The notes: a model not told the origin generated them from the letters alone. Shown: positions 10,194-20,298, counted from the first letter of the stretch. The stretch: DNA of 32,000 bases from Fastidiosibacter lacustris (GCF_003428155.1 NZ_QLIR01000015.1:14003-46002); one strand, 5' to 3'. Program-made: numbers and translations.

Positions 10194-11204
10194 ATGATCG
10201 TACTATCTGGAGATGTCGGGGGCACAAATACACGCCTTCAAATAACGGAGCATCAAAGTAAAAAAGCGAAAATAATCTTTGCCAAAAAATATTTGGCAGC
10301 TGAGTTTAAAAGTCTATCTGCGATCATTGAGCAGTTTTTGGCAGAGGCTACATTTGATCGATCCAAGATTCAAGCTGTGTGTATTGCAGTTGCAGGTCCT
10401 GTTAAAAATGGAGCAATTGAATTTACGAATTTACCCTGGGGTTTAACCGAGAATGAGTTAGCAGAGGTGCTTTGTTTGGATAAAAGCAAAGTAAGATTAA
10501 TTAATGATTTTACATCGATTGGTTATGGTCTAGATTCGGTAGAAAAAAACAATTTAATTTGTCTACAAAAAGCGGAAATTGATCCTGATGCGCCAATAGC
10601 CATGGTAGGGGCAGGCACAGGAATTGGGATGGGAATTGTAACTAAACATAACGGTCAAACTTTAGTCTATCCAAGCGAAGGAGGACACCAAGATTTTGCG
10701 CCAGTAGATGATGAGCAAATTGGATTATTTCAATTTTTGAAAAAGCGGCTACATCGGGTTTCAATCGAGAGAATTTGTTGTGGTCCTGGTCTTATTAACA
10801 TCTATAAATATGTCGTTGCAAATCCATTGTATAACCAGCCTGAGTCGCCAGAATTAAAGCGAGATATGCACAAAGGGATTGACCATGCTCAGCTTATTAC
10901 TCAGTATGCGTTGGAAAAAGGTGATCCTATGGCGTTAAGAGCCGTGGATATATTTATTCGTGTATATGGTGCAGTTGCAGGTGATATGGCACTGGTTACT
11001 TTACCAAAAGGTGGATTGTATATTGTTGGTGGAATTGCACCTAAAATTATTACACAAATGCAGGATGGTCGTTTCATGAAAACCTTTCAAGATAAGGGGA
11101 GGTTATCTGGTTTAATGAAAGAAATTCCTATTTTTGTTGTTATGGATACTGACGTTGGTATCAAGGGGGCTGCCGAATTTGCGTTATCATTGTGCAAAAA
11201 ATAA
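10194..11204 (+). CDS. glk: Glucokinase
   Basis: SGDVGGTNTRLQI, FTNLPWGL, LINDFTSIGYG, GAGTGIGMG, PSEGGHQDFAP. Confidence 0.95.
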   Translation: MIVLSGDVGGTNTRLQITEHQSKKAKIIFAKKYLAAEFKSLSAIIEQFLAEATFDRSKIQAVCIAVAGPVKNGAIEFTNLPWGLTENELAEVLCLDKSKVRLINDFTSIGYGLDSVEKNNLICLQKAEIDPDAPIAMVGAGTGIGMGIVTKHNGQTLVYPSEGGHQDFAPVDDEQIGLFQFLKKRLHRVSIERICCGPGLINIYKYVVANPLYNQPESPELKRDMHKGIDHAQLITQYALEKGDPMALRAVDIFIRVYGAVAGDMALVTLPKGGLYIVGGIAPKIITQMQDGRFMKTFQDKGRLSGLMKEIPIFVVMDTDVGIKGAAEFALSLCKK

Positions 11205-11306
11205 TCCTGGCAATTTTACCAATATCCTATATGATACCCATGCAAAATGGGTTTATTTTAAAACGTCCAATTTGATTATATATAGACGGTTAATGAAGGT
11301 AAAAAT

Positions 11307-12461
11307 ATGCAGAAAATATTAAAACAACCAATAGACTTAAAAAGTGTATTGGTCTTAACGTTGACTCCTATTGCTGCTGTTATTTTTATTCCATATTATG
11401 CAATTAGCTATGGATTTTCAGCAGCAGATTGGTTTTGGTTTAGTTTTTTTATGATAGCAACTGGAGTTTCGATTACAGCGGGTTACCATCGATTATGGGC
11501 TCATCGTGCTTATAAGGCAAAAGCACCATTGAAGATATTCTTCATGTTGTTTGGTGCAGCTGCGCTACAAAACAGCATTATCAAATGGTCCTCAGATCAT
11601 CGTAAACATCATCGTTTTGTCGATGATAAAGAAATGGACCCTTATGCAGCAACAAAAGGCTTTTGGTATAGTCACTTTACATGGATGTTACGTCATTTAC
11701 CTAAAAAAGTGGCGCAAGTTGAGAACGTAAGTGATTTAGAAAATGATAAAATTGTTGCTTTTCAGCATAAATATTACGTTCTATTAGCAATTTTTATGTG
11801 CGTGATTTTGCCCATACTTATTGGTGCGAGCTACGGTAGTATTGGTGGTTGTTTGTTATTAGCAGGATTATTGCGTTTGGTGCTCAATCATCACTTTACT
11901 TTTTTTATTAATTCACTTGCACACATTTGGGGTAAGCAAAAATTTTCAGACGAAAACACCGCGCGTGATAATCCAATCTTGTCGTTAGTTACTTATGGGG
12001 AGGGTTATCACAACTATCATCACAAATATGCAGGTGACTATCGCAATGGAGTGAAGTGGTACGACTTTGATCCATCTAAGTGGTTGATTTATGGAGCATC
12101 CAAAATTGGTTGGGCATATGATTTAAAAACAATACCTAAGCCTGCTATTGAGGCAGCAAGAGCATCCATGCAACTAAAAGAAGCACAAAGTAGAATTAAA
12201 GACAAACGCTATATTAAGCTCGTCGTTGACTTTGAGAAAAGGTTGGAGGATCAGTATAAAGTGCTTTTTGATAGTATCAAGGAGTGGGCAAAAGCCAAAC
12301 AAGCTTGGTTACAAGCTAAAAAAGATAAGTTATCTGCCACCCAAATTTTACAGTTAAAAGAGCACTATAAGTCATTGAAACAGAAATTTAAAACCGAACG
12401 TAAATTATGGCGCACACTTTCAAACTCATCTGTCAAGGTTGCTAAATTAAAAGTTGCATAG
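11307..12461 (+). CDS. Acyl-CoA (stearoyl-type delta-9) fatty acid desaturase
   Basis: Three His boxes: HRLWAH, HRKHH, HNYHH. Confidence 0.93.
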   Translation: MQKILKQPIDLKSVLVLTLTPIAAVIFIPYYAISYGFSAADWFWFSFFMIATGVSITAGYHRLWAHRAYKAKAPLKIFFMLFGAAALQNSIIKWSSDHRKHHRFVDDKEMDPYAATKGFWYSHFTWMLRHLPKKVAQVENVSDLENDKIVAFQHKYYVLLAIFMCVILPILIGASYGSIGGCLLLAGLLRLVLNHHFTFFINSLAHIWGKQKFSDENTARDNPILSLVTYGEGYHNYHHKYAGDYRNGVKWYDFDPSKWLIYGASKIGWAYDLKTIPKPAIEAARASMQLKEAQSRIKDKRYIKLVVDFEKRLEDQYKVLFDSIKEWAKAKQAWLQAKKDKLSATQILQLKEHYKSLKQKFKTERKLWRTLSNSSVKVAKLKVA

Positions 12462-12473
12462 TTTAAAATTCCT

Positions 12474-12498
12474 CCCACCCATCTAAATGATGGTGGGT
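12474..12498. terminator. Strong hairpin, possible transcription terminator
   Basis: CCCACCCATC-TAAAT-GATGGGTGGG: 10 bp perfect stem, 5 nt loop, directly after the desaturase stop. No T-tract on the + strand; a short AATTTT on the - strand. Confidence 0.5.
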
Positions 12499-12578
12499 CA
12501 ATAACTACCTGTTTTAGCAGGCAGTCATTTAACATTTAATGTGAGTGATTATCTTATAGTCCACGATTAGTTTAAACC

Positions 12579-13565
12579 TTGCAATGCAACATAGGTCTCA
12601 TGATTTTGTTCGACAACATGCAAGTGTACGACTACAATAAACACAAATTTATAAGGACAGCAATCGTTAGAATGAAAAAATGTGGCTATATTGCAATTAT
12701 TGGGCGACCTAACGTAGGTAAATCAACATTGCTTAATCATATCTTAAAGTATAAAGTCAGCATAACTAGCCGCAAACCACAAACAACAAGGCATCAAATT
12801 ACAGGAGTTAAAACCGTTAAAAATGCACAGTTTATCTATGTTGATACTCCAGGCTTGCATCAAGATGAGCCACGAGCAATTAATAGAATGATGAATAGGC
12901 AAGCAATGAGTGTAATCAACGATGTTGATGTCGTGCTATTTGTTGTTGAAGTGGGTAAATGGACAGCTGCTGAAGAATGGATTTTGCAAAAACTTGGGAG
13001 CGTTAAGGTATCTGTGATATTGGTTATTAATAAAGTTGATCAACTACATAATCGCCAGCAAGAGCAATTGTTTGAAAAACAAATAAGACAAAAATATCAT
13101 TTCGCGGCGAGCTTTTTGATCTCGGCAAAACAAGGGCATTTAATCACAGAGTTGGAGCAAACAATTGAGCAGTACTTACCTGTAAGTGAACACTTTTTCT
13201 ATGCTGAAGATCAAGTTACTGATCGTACAGAGCGTTTTATGATCGCAGAAATTATCCGTGAGAAACTTATGCGCACTTTAGGTCAGGAAGTGCCATATCA
13301 ATTAACGGTTGAGATCAATAAATGTAAATTTGATGAACAGCGTCAATTAATGGAAATTTTTGCAACGATTTTGGTTGAGCGTATGGGACAAAAAGCAATG
13401 GTAATTGGCAGTAAAGGACAAAAACTCAAGAAAATTGGTAGTGAAGCACGCAAGGATATCGAATATATGCTGGGGAAAAAAGTCTTTTTGGAATTATGGG
13501 TTAAAGTCAAAGAAGGCTGGTCAGATGATGAGCGTGCACTTAAATCATTGGGATATGATTTGTAA
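12579..13565 (+). CDS. era: GTPase Era (start codon may be 12675)
   Basis: GRPNVGKSTLLNHIL, KPQTTRHQITG, DTPGLH, NKVD, C-terminal KH domain VIGSKGQKLKKIGSEARKDIE. The canonical N-terminus MKKCGYIAIIGRPNVG begins at 12675. Confidence 0.95.
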   Translation: MQCNIGLMILFDNMQVYDYNKHKFIRTAIVRMKKCGYIAIIGRPNVGKSTLLNHILKYKVSITSRKPQTTRHQITGVKTVKNAQFIYVDTPGLHQDEPRAINRMMNRQAMSVINDVDVVLFVVEVGKWTAAEEWILQKLGSVKVSVILVINKVDQLHNRQQEQLFEKQIRQKYHFAASFLISAKQGHLITELEQTIEQYLPVSEHFFYAEDQVTDRTERFMIAEIIREKLMRTLGQEVPYQLTVEINKCKFDEQRQLMEIFATILVERMGQKAMVIGSKGQKLKKIGSEARKDIEYMLGKKVFLELWVKVKEGWSDDERALKSLGYDL

Positions 13566-13585
13566 TTTTAAAAAGGTAATGGAAA

Positions 13586-14644
13586 ATGACAGAAGGTGAT
13601 AATATATCCACGGCTGATACATCGTTTGTAACTGAAAATGCTCAAATTGAAAATAGAAAAAATAAAGCATGGATTAAATATCTAGTTTTAGCAATTGTCG
13701 TAGTTGTCTGTGTTGGTGGTTTTTATACTTATGTAAAATATACAGAAATCTATCCATCAACAGATGACGCTTATATAAATGCCAATATTATTCAAATATC
13801 AGCACAAGTGACAGGTAAACTTGGTAAGCTATATATTGAAAACAATCAAGAGGTCAAAAAGGGGCAGCTTTTATTTACTATCGAGTCACAGAGTTTTCAA
13901 TATGCACAAGATAAAGCAAAGGCTGATTTAATCCTCTTAGAACAGGAGGTAGCTGCAATTGAAGATAATATTGAAGTACAGAAAGCTAAACTTAAACAAG
14001 CTCAAGCACAGCAGTTTGTAGCTGAACAAAAAGAAATAAGGATCATAAAACTTGTATCTAAAGGCATGGCATCTCAAGAAAATGGAGACGAGGTGAAAGG
14101 GAATTTAGAGGTTGCCAGAGCGAATGTAAATGCTGCGCTTGCAGGTATTGCCCAACAACAAAAGCAATTGGTATTACAGCAGTCTAAAATTGCAGCAGCG
14201 AAAGCAAACTTGTCTACCGCTGAACTTAACCTGAGCTATACCAAAATCTATGCACCTACCTCTGGCTTTATTACCAATTTTAATTTACAGCATGGATCTT
14301 TGATTACCCAAAATCAAAATTTATTTGTATTGGTAAGTAATGAGCATTTTTGGATAGATGCAAATTATAAAGAAACTCAAATGTCACGCATGAAAGTTGG
14401 TCAAAAAGCAACGATTAGATTGGATATGTATCAAAATGTCGAACTAAGTGGCACAATTCAAAGTATTTCTGAAGGAAGTGGTAGTATATTTTCGCTTCTT
14501 CCACCTGAAAATGCATCTGGGAACTGGGTGAAGGTAGTGCAGCGTTTTCCAGTTAAAGTTATATTAGATAAAGGGGAAATAAATAAAGTTCCACATTTAC
14601 GAGTTGGGTCATCTGCCACAGTTCAAGTCGATACAAACAGTTAA
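13586..14644 (+). CDS. HlyD/EmrA-family membrane fusion protein
   Basis: YPSTDDAYINANIIQISAQVTGKLGKLYIENNQEVKKGQLLF; single N-terminal TM; coiled-coil; FVLVSNEHFWIDANYKETQ. Confidence 0.92.
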   Translation: MTEGDNISTADTSFVTENAQIENRKNKAWIKYLVLAIVVVVCVGGFYTYVKYTEIYPSTDDAYINANIIQISAQVTGKLGKLYIENNQEVKKGQLLFTIESQSFQYAQDKAKADLILLEQEVAAIEDNIEVQKAKLKQAQAQQFVAEQKEIRIIKLVSKGMASQENGDEVKGNLEVARANVNAALAGIAQQQKQLVLQQSKIAAAKANLSTAELNLSYTKIYAPTSGFITNFNLQHGSLITQNQNLFVLVSNEHFWIDANYKETQMSRMKVGQKATIRLDMYQNVELSGTIQSISEGSGSIFSLLPPENASGNWVKVVQRFPVKVILDKGEINKVPHLRVGSSATVQVDTNS

Positions 14645-15490
14645 TTATTTAACGCCTAGCTCAATCAATCTTTCTTGTAAAAAACTATCTGCAGTTGGGT
14701 ACCTTTTGGAAAGATAAACTTCAGGTTTAGCATGCATAAAGCAAGGAATAGACATCCGATCAATCCCTAGTGCTTCACCTTCTGGTTTAATAACACGGTG
14801 TTTTGTCGCAATGTACTCAAAATCAGTCATTTCTTGTAACATATCGCCGATGTTAATAATGATTGATTGTGGTTTGCAAAGTACCTCATACCATTTATCT
14901 TCTTTATGCGAATAAACTTCTAATCCTGGAGAAGATGCAACAGGTAGTAATGTAATGAGATTGATATCTTCATGTGCAGCAGCTCGAATTGCACCTGGTT
15001 CTTCATCACCTTGGATAGCAGGATAGTGCAGAATTCTAAAGAGTGTACGTTCTAGCGACAGCGCATCAACTAAAGGCATTGCGAGCTTGTTAGATACTGC
15101 ATGATCCATATGACTATCTATCCATTGCAATAGTGTTTTTCCTAACGTGAAAAGTTGATTAAACAGTTCTCGTGCTTGATTGGAAACTTCTTTTGGATAT
15201 CGTCCATGTGGAAAATATAAATGGAAGTAATGCTTAATATCACGAGTTATTTCACCTTTGGCGATTTCAGAGACATCAAGTGGAAAGTAACCATCTTGTG
15301 TATCCTTATTATAATAATAGTTTTTTGCAGCATCAGAGTTAATGAATTGACGCCACTCGGTATAAACTTCTTCAACTAACTGCCAATCAATAGGATGTTT
15401 CTCTAATACTGCAAACCCCGTTTGTTTTAATGAGTCAGTAAAAAGTTTTGTAGCATTTGCTGCATAAAAATCAACGTTTAAAATTTTCAT
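14645..15490 (-). CDS. Isopenicillin N synthase-like 2-oxoglutarate/Fe(II) dioxygenase
   Basis: AAHEDINLITLLP (HxD), KHRV(I)xP region and RMSIPCF; DIOX_N-like N-terminus. Confidence 0.85.
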   Translation of the reverse strand: MKILNVDFYAANATKLFTDSLKQTGFAVLEKHPIDWQLVEEVYTEWRQFINSDAAKNYYYNKDTQDGYFPLDVSEIAKGEITRDIKHYFHLYFPHGRYPKEVSNQARELFNQLFTLGKTLLQWIDSHMDHAVSNKLAMPLVDALSLERTLFRILHYPAIQGDEEPGAIRAAAHEDINLITLLPVASSPGLEVYSHKEDKWYEVLCKPQSIIINIGDMLQEMTDFEYIATKHRVIKPEGEALGIDRMSIPCFMHAKPEVYLSKRYPTADSFLQERLIELGVK

Positions 15491-15752
15491 AAAATACCTT
15501 ATGATTAAACCAAGTTTTGGCTATCCTAAAGAGCGAGTAAGATGATGTCAATAAATGGTAAAAGAGATGATAATAAATACCATTTTTTTTTACTTAGATT
15601 GATTTTCTTTTAGGTTTTTTGGTAAAAATTTGCTAGAATACTGCAAATTTCTGACACCCGTATCCTTTTCATAAATTACTATATAATGATTTATTGTTAA
15701 TAAATTGTGGTTGTTTATGTTAGGTATGCAAAAGTAAAAGGTATATGAGAGA

Positions 15753-16706
15753 ATGGCATTAGAGCATTTATTGCATCCAACAACAGTGAATAATCAAGAA
15801 AGAATTGGCAATCAAGCAAAGATTACTTTAGAGCCTTTGGAGCGTGGCTTTGGTCATACCTTAGGTTTTTCGTTAAAGCAAATCATGTTACACGTTTTAT
15901 CAGGTGCATCGTTAACAAAAGTTAAATTTAACGATGGTGTGAATAGTGAGGTCAAGTTAGCAACAACTGAATCAGTTGAAGAGTTATTGCTTAATTTGCA
16001 AATCATTAAGTTTAAACTGGATTCAGCTCATACCACTGGTAATATAAGTATTAAATTATCAGGAAAAGCTCGTGAAGTATACGCTGCAGACTTAACCTTA
16101 TCAGAAGGTGTAGAGATTTTAAATCCTGATGTGCTTATTTGCCAATATGTAGGAAAAGATAAGCTTAGCATTGAAGGATGGATAGAGTCAGGTGCTGGTT
16201 ATAAACCTGCAAATCAGAACTTTATAGATGGTTACTTTATGTTAGATGCTTCTTTTTCACCTGTTGTCAGTCTCAATTACAACGTTGAAAACGCGCGTGT
16301 TGCACAAAGAACTGACTTGGACAAACTTATTTTAGATGTGCAAACAGATGGCAGCTTGACACCTTCGGAGGCATTGAGTTTAGCGGCACAAAAGATTCAA
16401 TCTCAAATGTCTAGAATTGTTGATGAAGAAGCATTAGCTGAACGTTTGCACATTGAAGAAGAACCAAAAATTGATCCGTTTTTATTAAAAACAGTAGAAG
16501 AGTTAGACTTAACTGTGCGTTCTGCAAACTGCTTGAAGTCTGAGAATATTCGTTATATTGGTGAGCTTGTTCAACGCACGGAATCTGAGCTTATGAAAAC
16601 ACCAAACTTTGGACGTAAATCTTTAAATGAAATTAAAGAAAAACTTTCTTCGTATGGATACTCATTAGGCACAATTGTTGGAGATTGGTCAAGGGATTTA
16701 ATATAG
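15753..16706 (+). CDS. RNA polymerase alpha subunit, orphan divergent copy (twin-alpha type)
   Basis: [82 protein letters not shown]. Not surrounded by ribosomal protein genes. Confidence 0.93.
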   Translation: MALEHLLHPTTVNNQERIGNQAKITLEPLERGFGHTLGFSLKQIMLHVLSGASLTKVKFNDGVNSEVKLATTESVEELLLNLQIIKFKLDSAHTTGNISIKLSGKAREVYAADLTLSEGVEILNPDVLICQYVGKDKLSIEGWIESGAGYKPANQNFIDGYFMLDASFSPVVSLNYNVENARVAQRTDLDKLILDVQTDGSLTPSEALSLAAQKIQSQMSRIVDEEALAERLHIEEEPKIDPFLLKTVEELDLTVRSANCLKSENIRYIGELVQRTESELMKTPNFGRKSLNEIKEKLSSYGYSLGTIVGDWSRDLI

Positions 16707-16748
16707 TAGAGTCGTCAATATTAGGTTCTGTTCTGTAAACCAAAAAAA

Positions 16749-16911
16749 CTACACGCTACGTAATTAGAGTATGCAAGATACGATGCTTGATTCAACGATT
16801 GTAAGAGGTGCATGCTTGTTCGGCAGGTTATAAAAAGAAGGCAATGCGCTTCAAGCGTTTGGTAGAAGCAAGGGTGGCTTTATCAATATGATCCTGTACA
16901 TGAAGAAAAAA
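16749..16911 (+). pseudogene. IS5-family transposase remnant
   Basis: + strand reads MQDTMLDSTIVRGA... then (after disruption) GNALQAFGRSKGGFINMI, resembling the DSTIVRAH...ALGRSRGGFxTKI block of IS5/IS427-type transposases. Confidence 0.6.
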
Positions 16912-16931
16912 TTGCAAACAACTGCTTGAAG

Positions 16932-16990
16932 CGTTATTTTTTCTTGATTTGCATAACATGAAAAAGCATCTCAAGCAGCTGACAAGTAGT
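16932..16990 (+). repeat. 59-bp dispersed repeat, copy 1
   Basis: cgttattttttcttgatttgcataacatgaaaaagcatctcaagcagctgacaagtagt; 54/59 match by eye to 31446-31504. Confidence 0.85.
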
Positions 16991-17053
16991 TTTAATGGGA
17001 ACGGAGTATACGAGTGACAAACTAAGACACTACCCACTCACTACCTTGAATAG

Positions 17054-17911
17054 TTACCTTAAAGCAATAAGCGCTCCAACACCACTGAACAAACATCCAA
17101 ATAGTAAATAAAAGGTAGGAGCAGAATCTCCAATGATTACTGAGGAAATACCGCCTATCGCGGGGAAAAGTGCTACCATATAGCTGCTTGCAGATGCTCC
17201 GATGCGCGCAACTAATTTAAGATAAAACATCCATGCAGTAAAAGAGGAAAAGACAATTAAAAACATCAAAGCCCCGAGGTAGGAAAAGGATATTGGCAAT
17301 GTAAAGCTCTGTTTTTGTATCAGACAAACCATAAGTGAAAATATAAAAGCGACGGCAAAACCAATGCTATTTGAATACATCGCATTCACACCACATCGTA
17401 CATTTCTTGCGGAGGCAACATCACCAATCGCCGTCAATAGCGTTCCAAGCAATGCAATGGCTATTCCCTTTAAATTGCTCACTCCAGCGCCATTCATTAA
17501 CAAAGGATAAACAAGTATGGAGACACCCATAATGCCCATCGAGCCTCCAACCAGAATTCTAGGATGAAGACGGTCTCCTAGACATATGCGAAGCGCAATT
17601 GGAGTCATAACAGTTTTGAGTGAAAATATCAACGTTACAAGTGCAGCAGAAACCCATATTGTCGCATAATACAGGCAAATATAACTCAAGGCTAGGTTGC
17701 ATATTCCAAAGCTCGCTATAGGGAGAAAATCCTGTCGAGAAAGCCTTCCCCTAGGTTTTATAAGATACAAAAAAGCAACAAACAATAAAACGGTTCCGCC
17801 CAATCGATACGTCAGCGATAATTCAAGGTTCACAGGGGTTCCTTGAATTTTGATGACGACAAAGTTCACTCCCCAAACAATGGCGCAAAAGGCGTACATA
17901 AAAACTGTCAT
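17054..17911 (-). CDS. EamA/DMT-superfamily transporter
   Basis: About 10 TM segments, two EamA repeats; [15 protein letters not shown]...; start overlaps the ALAS-like stop by 4 nt. Confidence 0.88.
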   Translation of the reverse strand: MTVFMYAFCAIVWGVNFVVIKIQGTPVNLELSLTYRLGGTVLLFVAFLYLIKPRGRLSRQDFLPIASFGICNLALSYICLYYATIWVSAALVTLIFSLKTVMTPIALRICLGDRLHPRILVGGSMGIMGVSILVYPLLMNGAGVSNLKGIAIALLGTLLTAIGDVASARNVRCGVNAMYSNSIGFAVAFIFSLMVCLIQKQSFTLPISFSYLGALMFLIVFSSFTAWMFYLKLVARIGASASSYMVALFPAIGGISSVIIGDSAPTFYLLFGCLFSGVGALIALR

Positions 17912-19140
17912 GCGTTTAAAAAATCCTGCTCGTGACTGAAAGAAATTCCAAAATAGTGAAAAACTTCCGTGAGTGCGAAAGCTAATTTCTCGATCTGCTC
18001 TTTGGTATGGTTTGGCGTCACGTTAACGCGAAAGCGCTCTGTGCCTATAGGAACTGTCGGTGAATTGATTGGCTGTAGATAGATATGATGTTGTTCTAGT
18101 AAACGCTTTGCAGCATCCTTGCATTTTTTTGCATCTCCAATCAACACGGGAAGAATATGTGTGCGACTTGATGCCATTATTGGAATATGTGCGCGAATTA
18201 GCGCATCCCTTAACGTATTGGTCTTCTGATGCAACACAATTCGTTCGTTATCTGATGATTTCAGATATTCAACGCTTGCATGACAAGCTGCAACAACCGC
18301 AGGAGGTAAGGACGTTGTAAAAATAAATCCAGGTGCAAATGAGCGAATAACATCAACAAGTAGTGATGAGGCTGCAATATATCCTCCAATGACTCCAATA
18401 CTCTTTGCCATTGTTCCCTGAATGAAATCTAACTTATTGGCAATTCCTAATTCAGCAGCAATGCCAGCACCGCGCGGTCCATAAATACCTATTGCATGCA
18501 CTTCATCAAGAAATGTTAACGCGTTATATTTCTTTGCAAGCGCTACAATCTTTTGAATTGGAGCAATATCACCATCCATGGAATATACCGATTCAAATAC
18601 AATAATTTTTGGTCGATCAAATGGTTGAGCTACAAGCAGTGCCTCTAAATGCTCAACATCATTGTGTCTAAACACCATTCTTTCAGCCTGAGTACTACGT
18701 ATCCCATTAATGATCGATGCATGGTTACGTTCATCAGAAAACACTATGCAGTCAGAAAGCAACCGTAGCAGACATTGTAATGTTGCATCATTTGCACCAT
18801 ATCCTGTGGGAAACACCAATGCGGCTTCTTTTCCATGCCACTCAGCAAGAGCAGATTCAAGCGCGGTGTAGTAAGAGTGTGTCCCACCGATATTTCTAGA
18901 ACCACCAGAGCCGGCGCCCAAAGATCGAATTGCGTCATGCATGGCTTCTGTCACGATATGATGTTGTGACATCCCTAAATAATCATTGCTGCACCAGACA
19001 ACAACCTGCTCTGTACTTTTTTGAGTTACTGATTGAGCTAACGGATATTGTCCGCGTATCCTATTGATGGTGACGAACTCTCGATACTGTCCACTTTCCT
19101 TCAAAGACTCCAGTTTTTGGCTGATAATTTTTGTATACAC
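17908..19140 (-). CDS. Alpha-oxoamine synthase, 5-aminolevulinate synthase-like (GTG start)
   Basis: [38 protein letters not shown]...[20 protein letters not shown]...[15 protein letters not shown]...[15 protein letters not shown], the ALAS subgroup rather than BioF/KBL. Confidence 0.85.
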   Translation of the reverse strand: MYTKIISQKLESLKESGQYREFVTINRIRGQYPLAQSVTQKSTEQVVVWCSNDYLGMSQHHIVTEAMHDAIRSLGAGSGGSRNIGGTHSYYTALESALAEWHGKEAALVFPTGYGANDATLQCLLRLLSDCIVFSDERNHASIINGIRSTQAERMVFRHNDVEHLEALLVAQPFDRPKIIVFESVYSMDGDIAPIQKIVALAKKYNALTFLDEVHAIGIYGPRGAGIAAELGIANKLDFIQGTMAKSIGVIGGYIAASSLLVDVIRSFAPGFIFTTSLPPAVVAACHASVEYLKSSDNERIVLHQKTNTLRDALIRAHIPIMASSRTHILPVLIGDAKKCKDAAKRLLEQHHIYLQPINSPTVPIGTERFRVNVTPNHTKEQIEKLAFALTEVFHYFGISFSHEQDFLNA

Positions 19141-19185
19141 CTTGTAAAACCTTGTTTGCTTTTGTTATTTGAATAGTGCGGCGAA

Positions 19186-19214
19186 TTAATATGCCCTTAA
19201 GGGGGGGGAGTCAA
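19186..19214 (-). promoter_or_regulatory. Candidate sigma70 promoter of the ALAS-like/EamA operon with a homopolymeric C8 spacer segment
   Basis: Minus strand: TTGACT (19214-19209) - 17 nt spacer CCCCCCCCTTAAGGGCA - TATTAA (19191-19186), about 45 nt upstream of the GTG start. Confidence 0.6.
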
Positions 19215-19803
19215 GCGGAAAATAATTCTGACTAGTCATAAGGGGTTCTGTCGCAGACTCAACAATTAGTTCATAATTTATACAAACAGTCATTCTCTGG
19301 ACATAATTATGCTGCGAGTGCATAGAACTGTTCATATATGGAAAAACTGTGAAAGGAAAATTAATACAAGTTTGCAAATGGTTGTACTCGCTTCATTAGG
19401 CTAATAGCACAGAAGAAACTTTGAACAGGCTCTAAAGTATGACACCACTAATTAATAGTTACTGGCGAAGAAAAATTGACTTTGTCATTATTAAGAAGGT
19501 TTTATGCGTGTTGCTAGCGATAACACGCAATTTCTTAGCATATTTCAAACTTCTGATATAGGCAAAATTTGTTTAATCAAAGATCGTCGTTAATAAATTA
19601 AAAGACTCTTGGCAACTTCAAAAACAATACATACGCTTTTTATTGATAGTGCTTATCTTAAGTTTTCTTTTTTAGCTTGATAAGCCAGTACTGATTGGTT
19701 GATTTTGGTCTCAATTATTATAATTTTTAATTAAGCTCATAAGTTTTGATTGGACTTAAATCACTGAATGCTATAAATGTGTGCTAACAAAATGTACTCT
19801 GTG

Positions 19804-20298
19804 TTACGCTTTTTCAACAATAATTTCTCGAGATTTTTTAGCACACTCTGGCTTCTTAGGTAACGTGATCCACAGCATTCCCTTTTTGAAAGAAGCCTTT
19901 GCTTTATCTACATCAACTGTTTCAGGCAAAAGTATACTACGCTCATATCTCCCATAACTAATTTCGCGCATCATATAGTTCTTATTTTTATCTTGTTTAG
20001 AGCTGGTTTTTTCACCTTTGATAGTTAAAATGCCATTATCGATTGAGACTTTGATGTCATTTTCACCCATACCAGGCATTTCAATTTCAACTTTAAATTG
20101 GTCATTATCATCCACGATATCAGTGGCGGGGTTAAGTGAAACGTTTTCAAAACGTTCGCTAGGAAAATGAAATGGTTCGAACCACTCATTAAAGTCACTC
20201 ATAACCTTATTGAGTTCATTTTGTAGTGACCAGAATGGGTTTTGCTTGCTTTGACTAATAGTAACAGGAATGTTTTTCTTTGTGCTTAAAAAATTCAT
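19804..20298 (-). CDS. Small heat shock protein Hsp20 (start reassigned to 20298)
   Basis: FKVEIEMPGMGENDIKVSIDNGILTIKGEK...YGRYERSILLPETVD...KGMLWITLPK; SD GGAGG upstream of MNFLSTKKN. Confidence 0.93.
   Translation of the reverse strand: MNFLSTKKNIPVTISQSKQNPFWSLQNELNKVMSDFNEWFEPFHFPSERFENVSLNPATDIVDDNDQFKVEIEMPGMGENDIKVSIDNGILTIKGEKTSSKQDKNKNYMMREISYGRYERSILLPETVDVDKAKASFKKGMLWITLPKKPECAKKSREIIVEKA

Noticed and set aside
16828-17037. ORF 16828..17037 (-)
   Set aside because: Antisense to the IS5-type relic; Ser/Cys/Phe-rich translation with no motif.
18069-18320. ORFs 18069..18320 (+), 18717..18899 (+) and 18744..18938 (-)
   Set aside because: Alternative frames of the ALAS-like gene, whose motifs run continuously through this region.
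17908-19140. Annotation as BioF (8-amino-7-oxononanoate synthase) or KBL
   Set aside because: Blocks [46 protein letters not shown] and [15 protein letters not shown] point to the ALAS subgroup; some substrate ambiguity remains and is reported separately.
19506-19528. GCGTGTT-N9-AACACGC inverted repeat
   Set aside because: Short stem in an unannotated region, no T-tract immediately after it and no clear neighbouring transcript end; too weak to call a terminator or operator.
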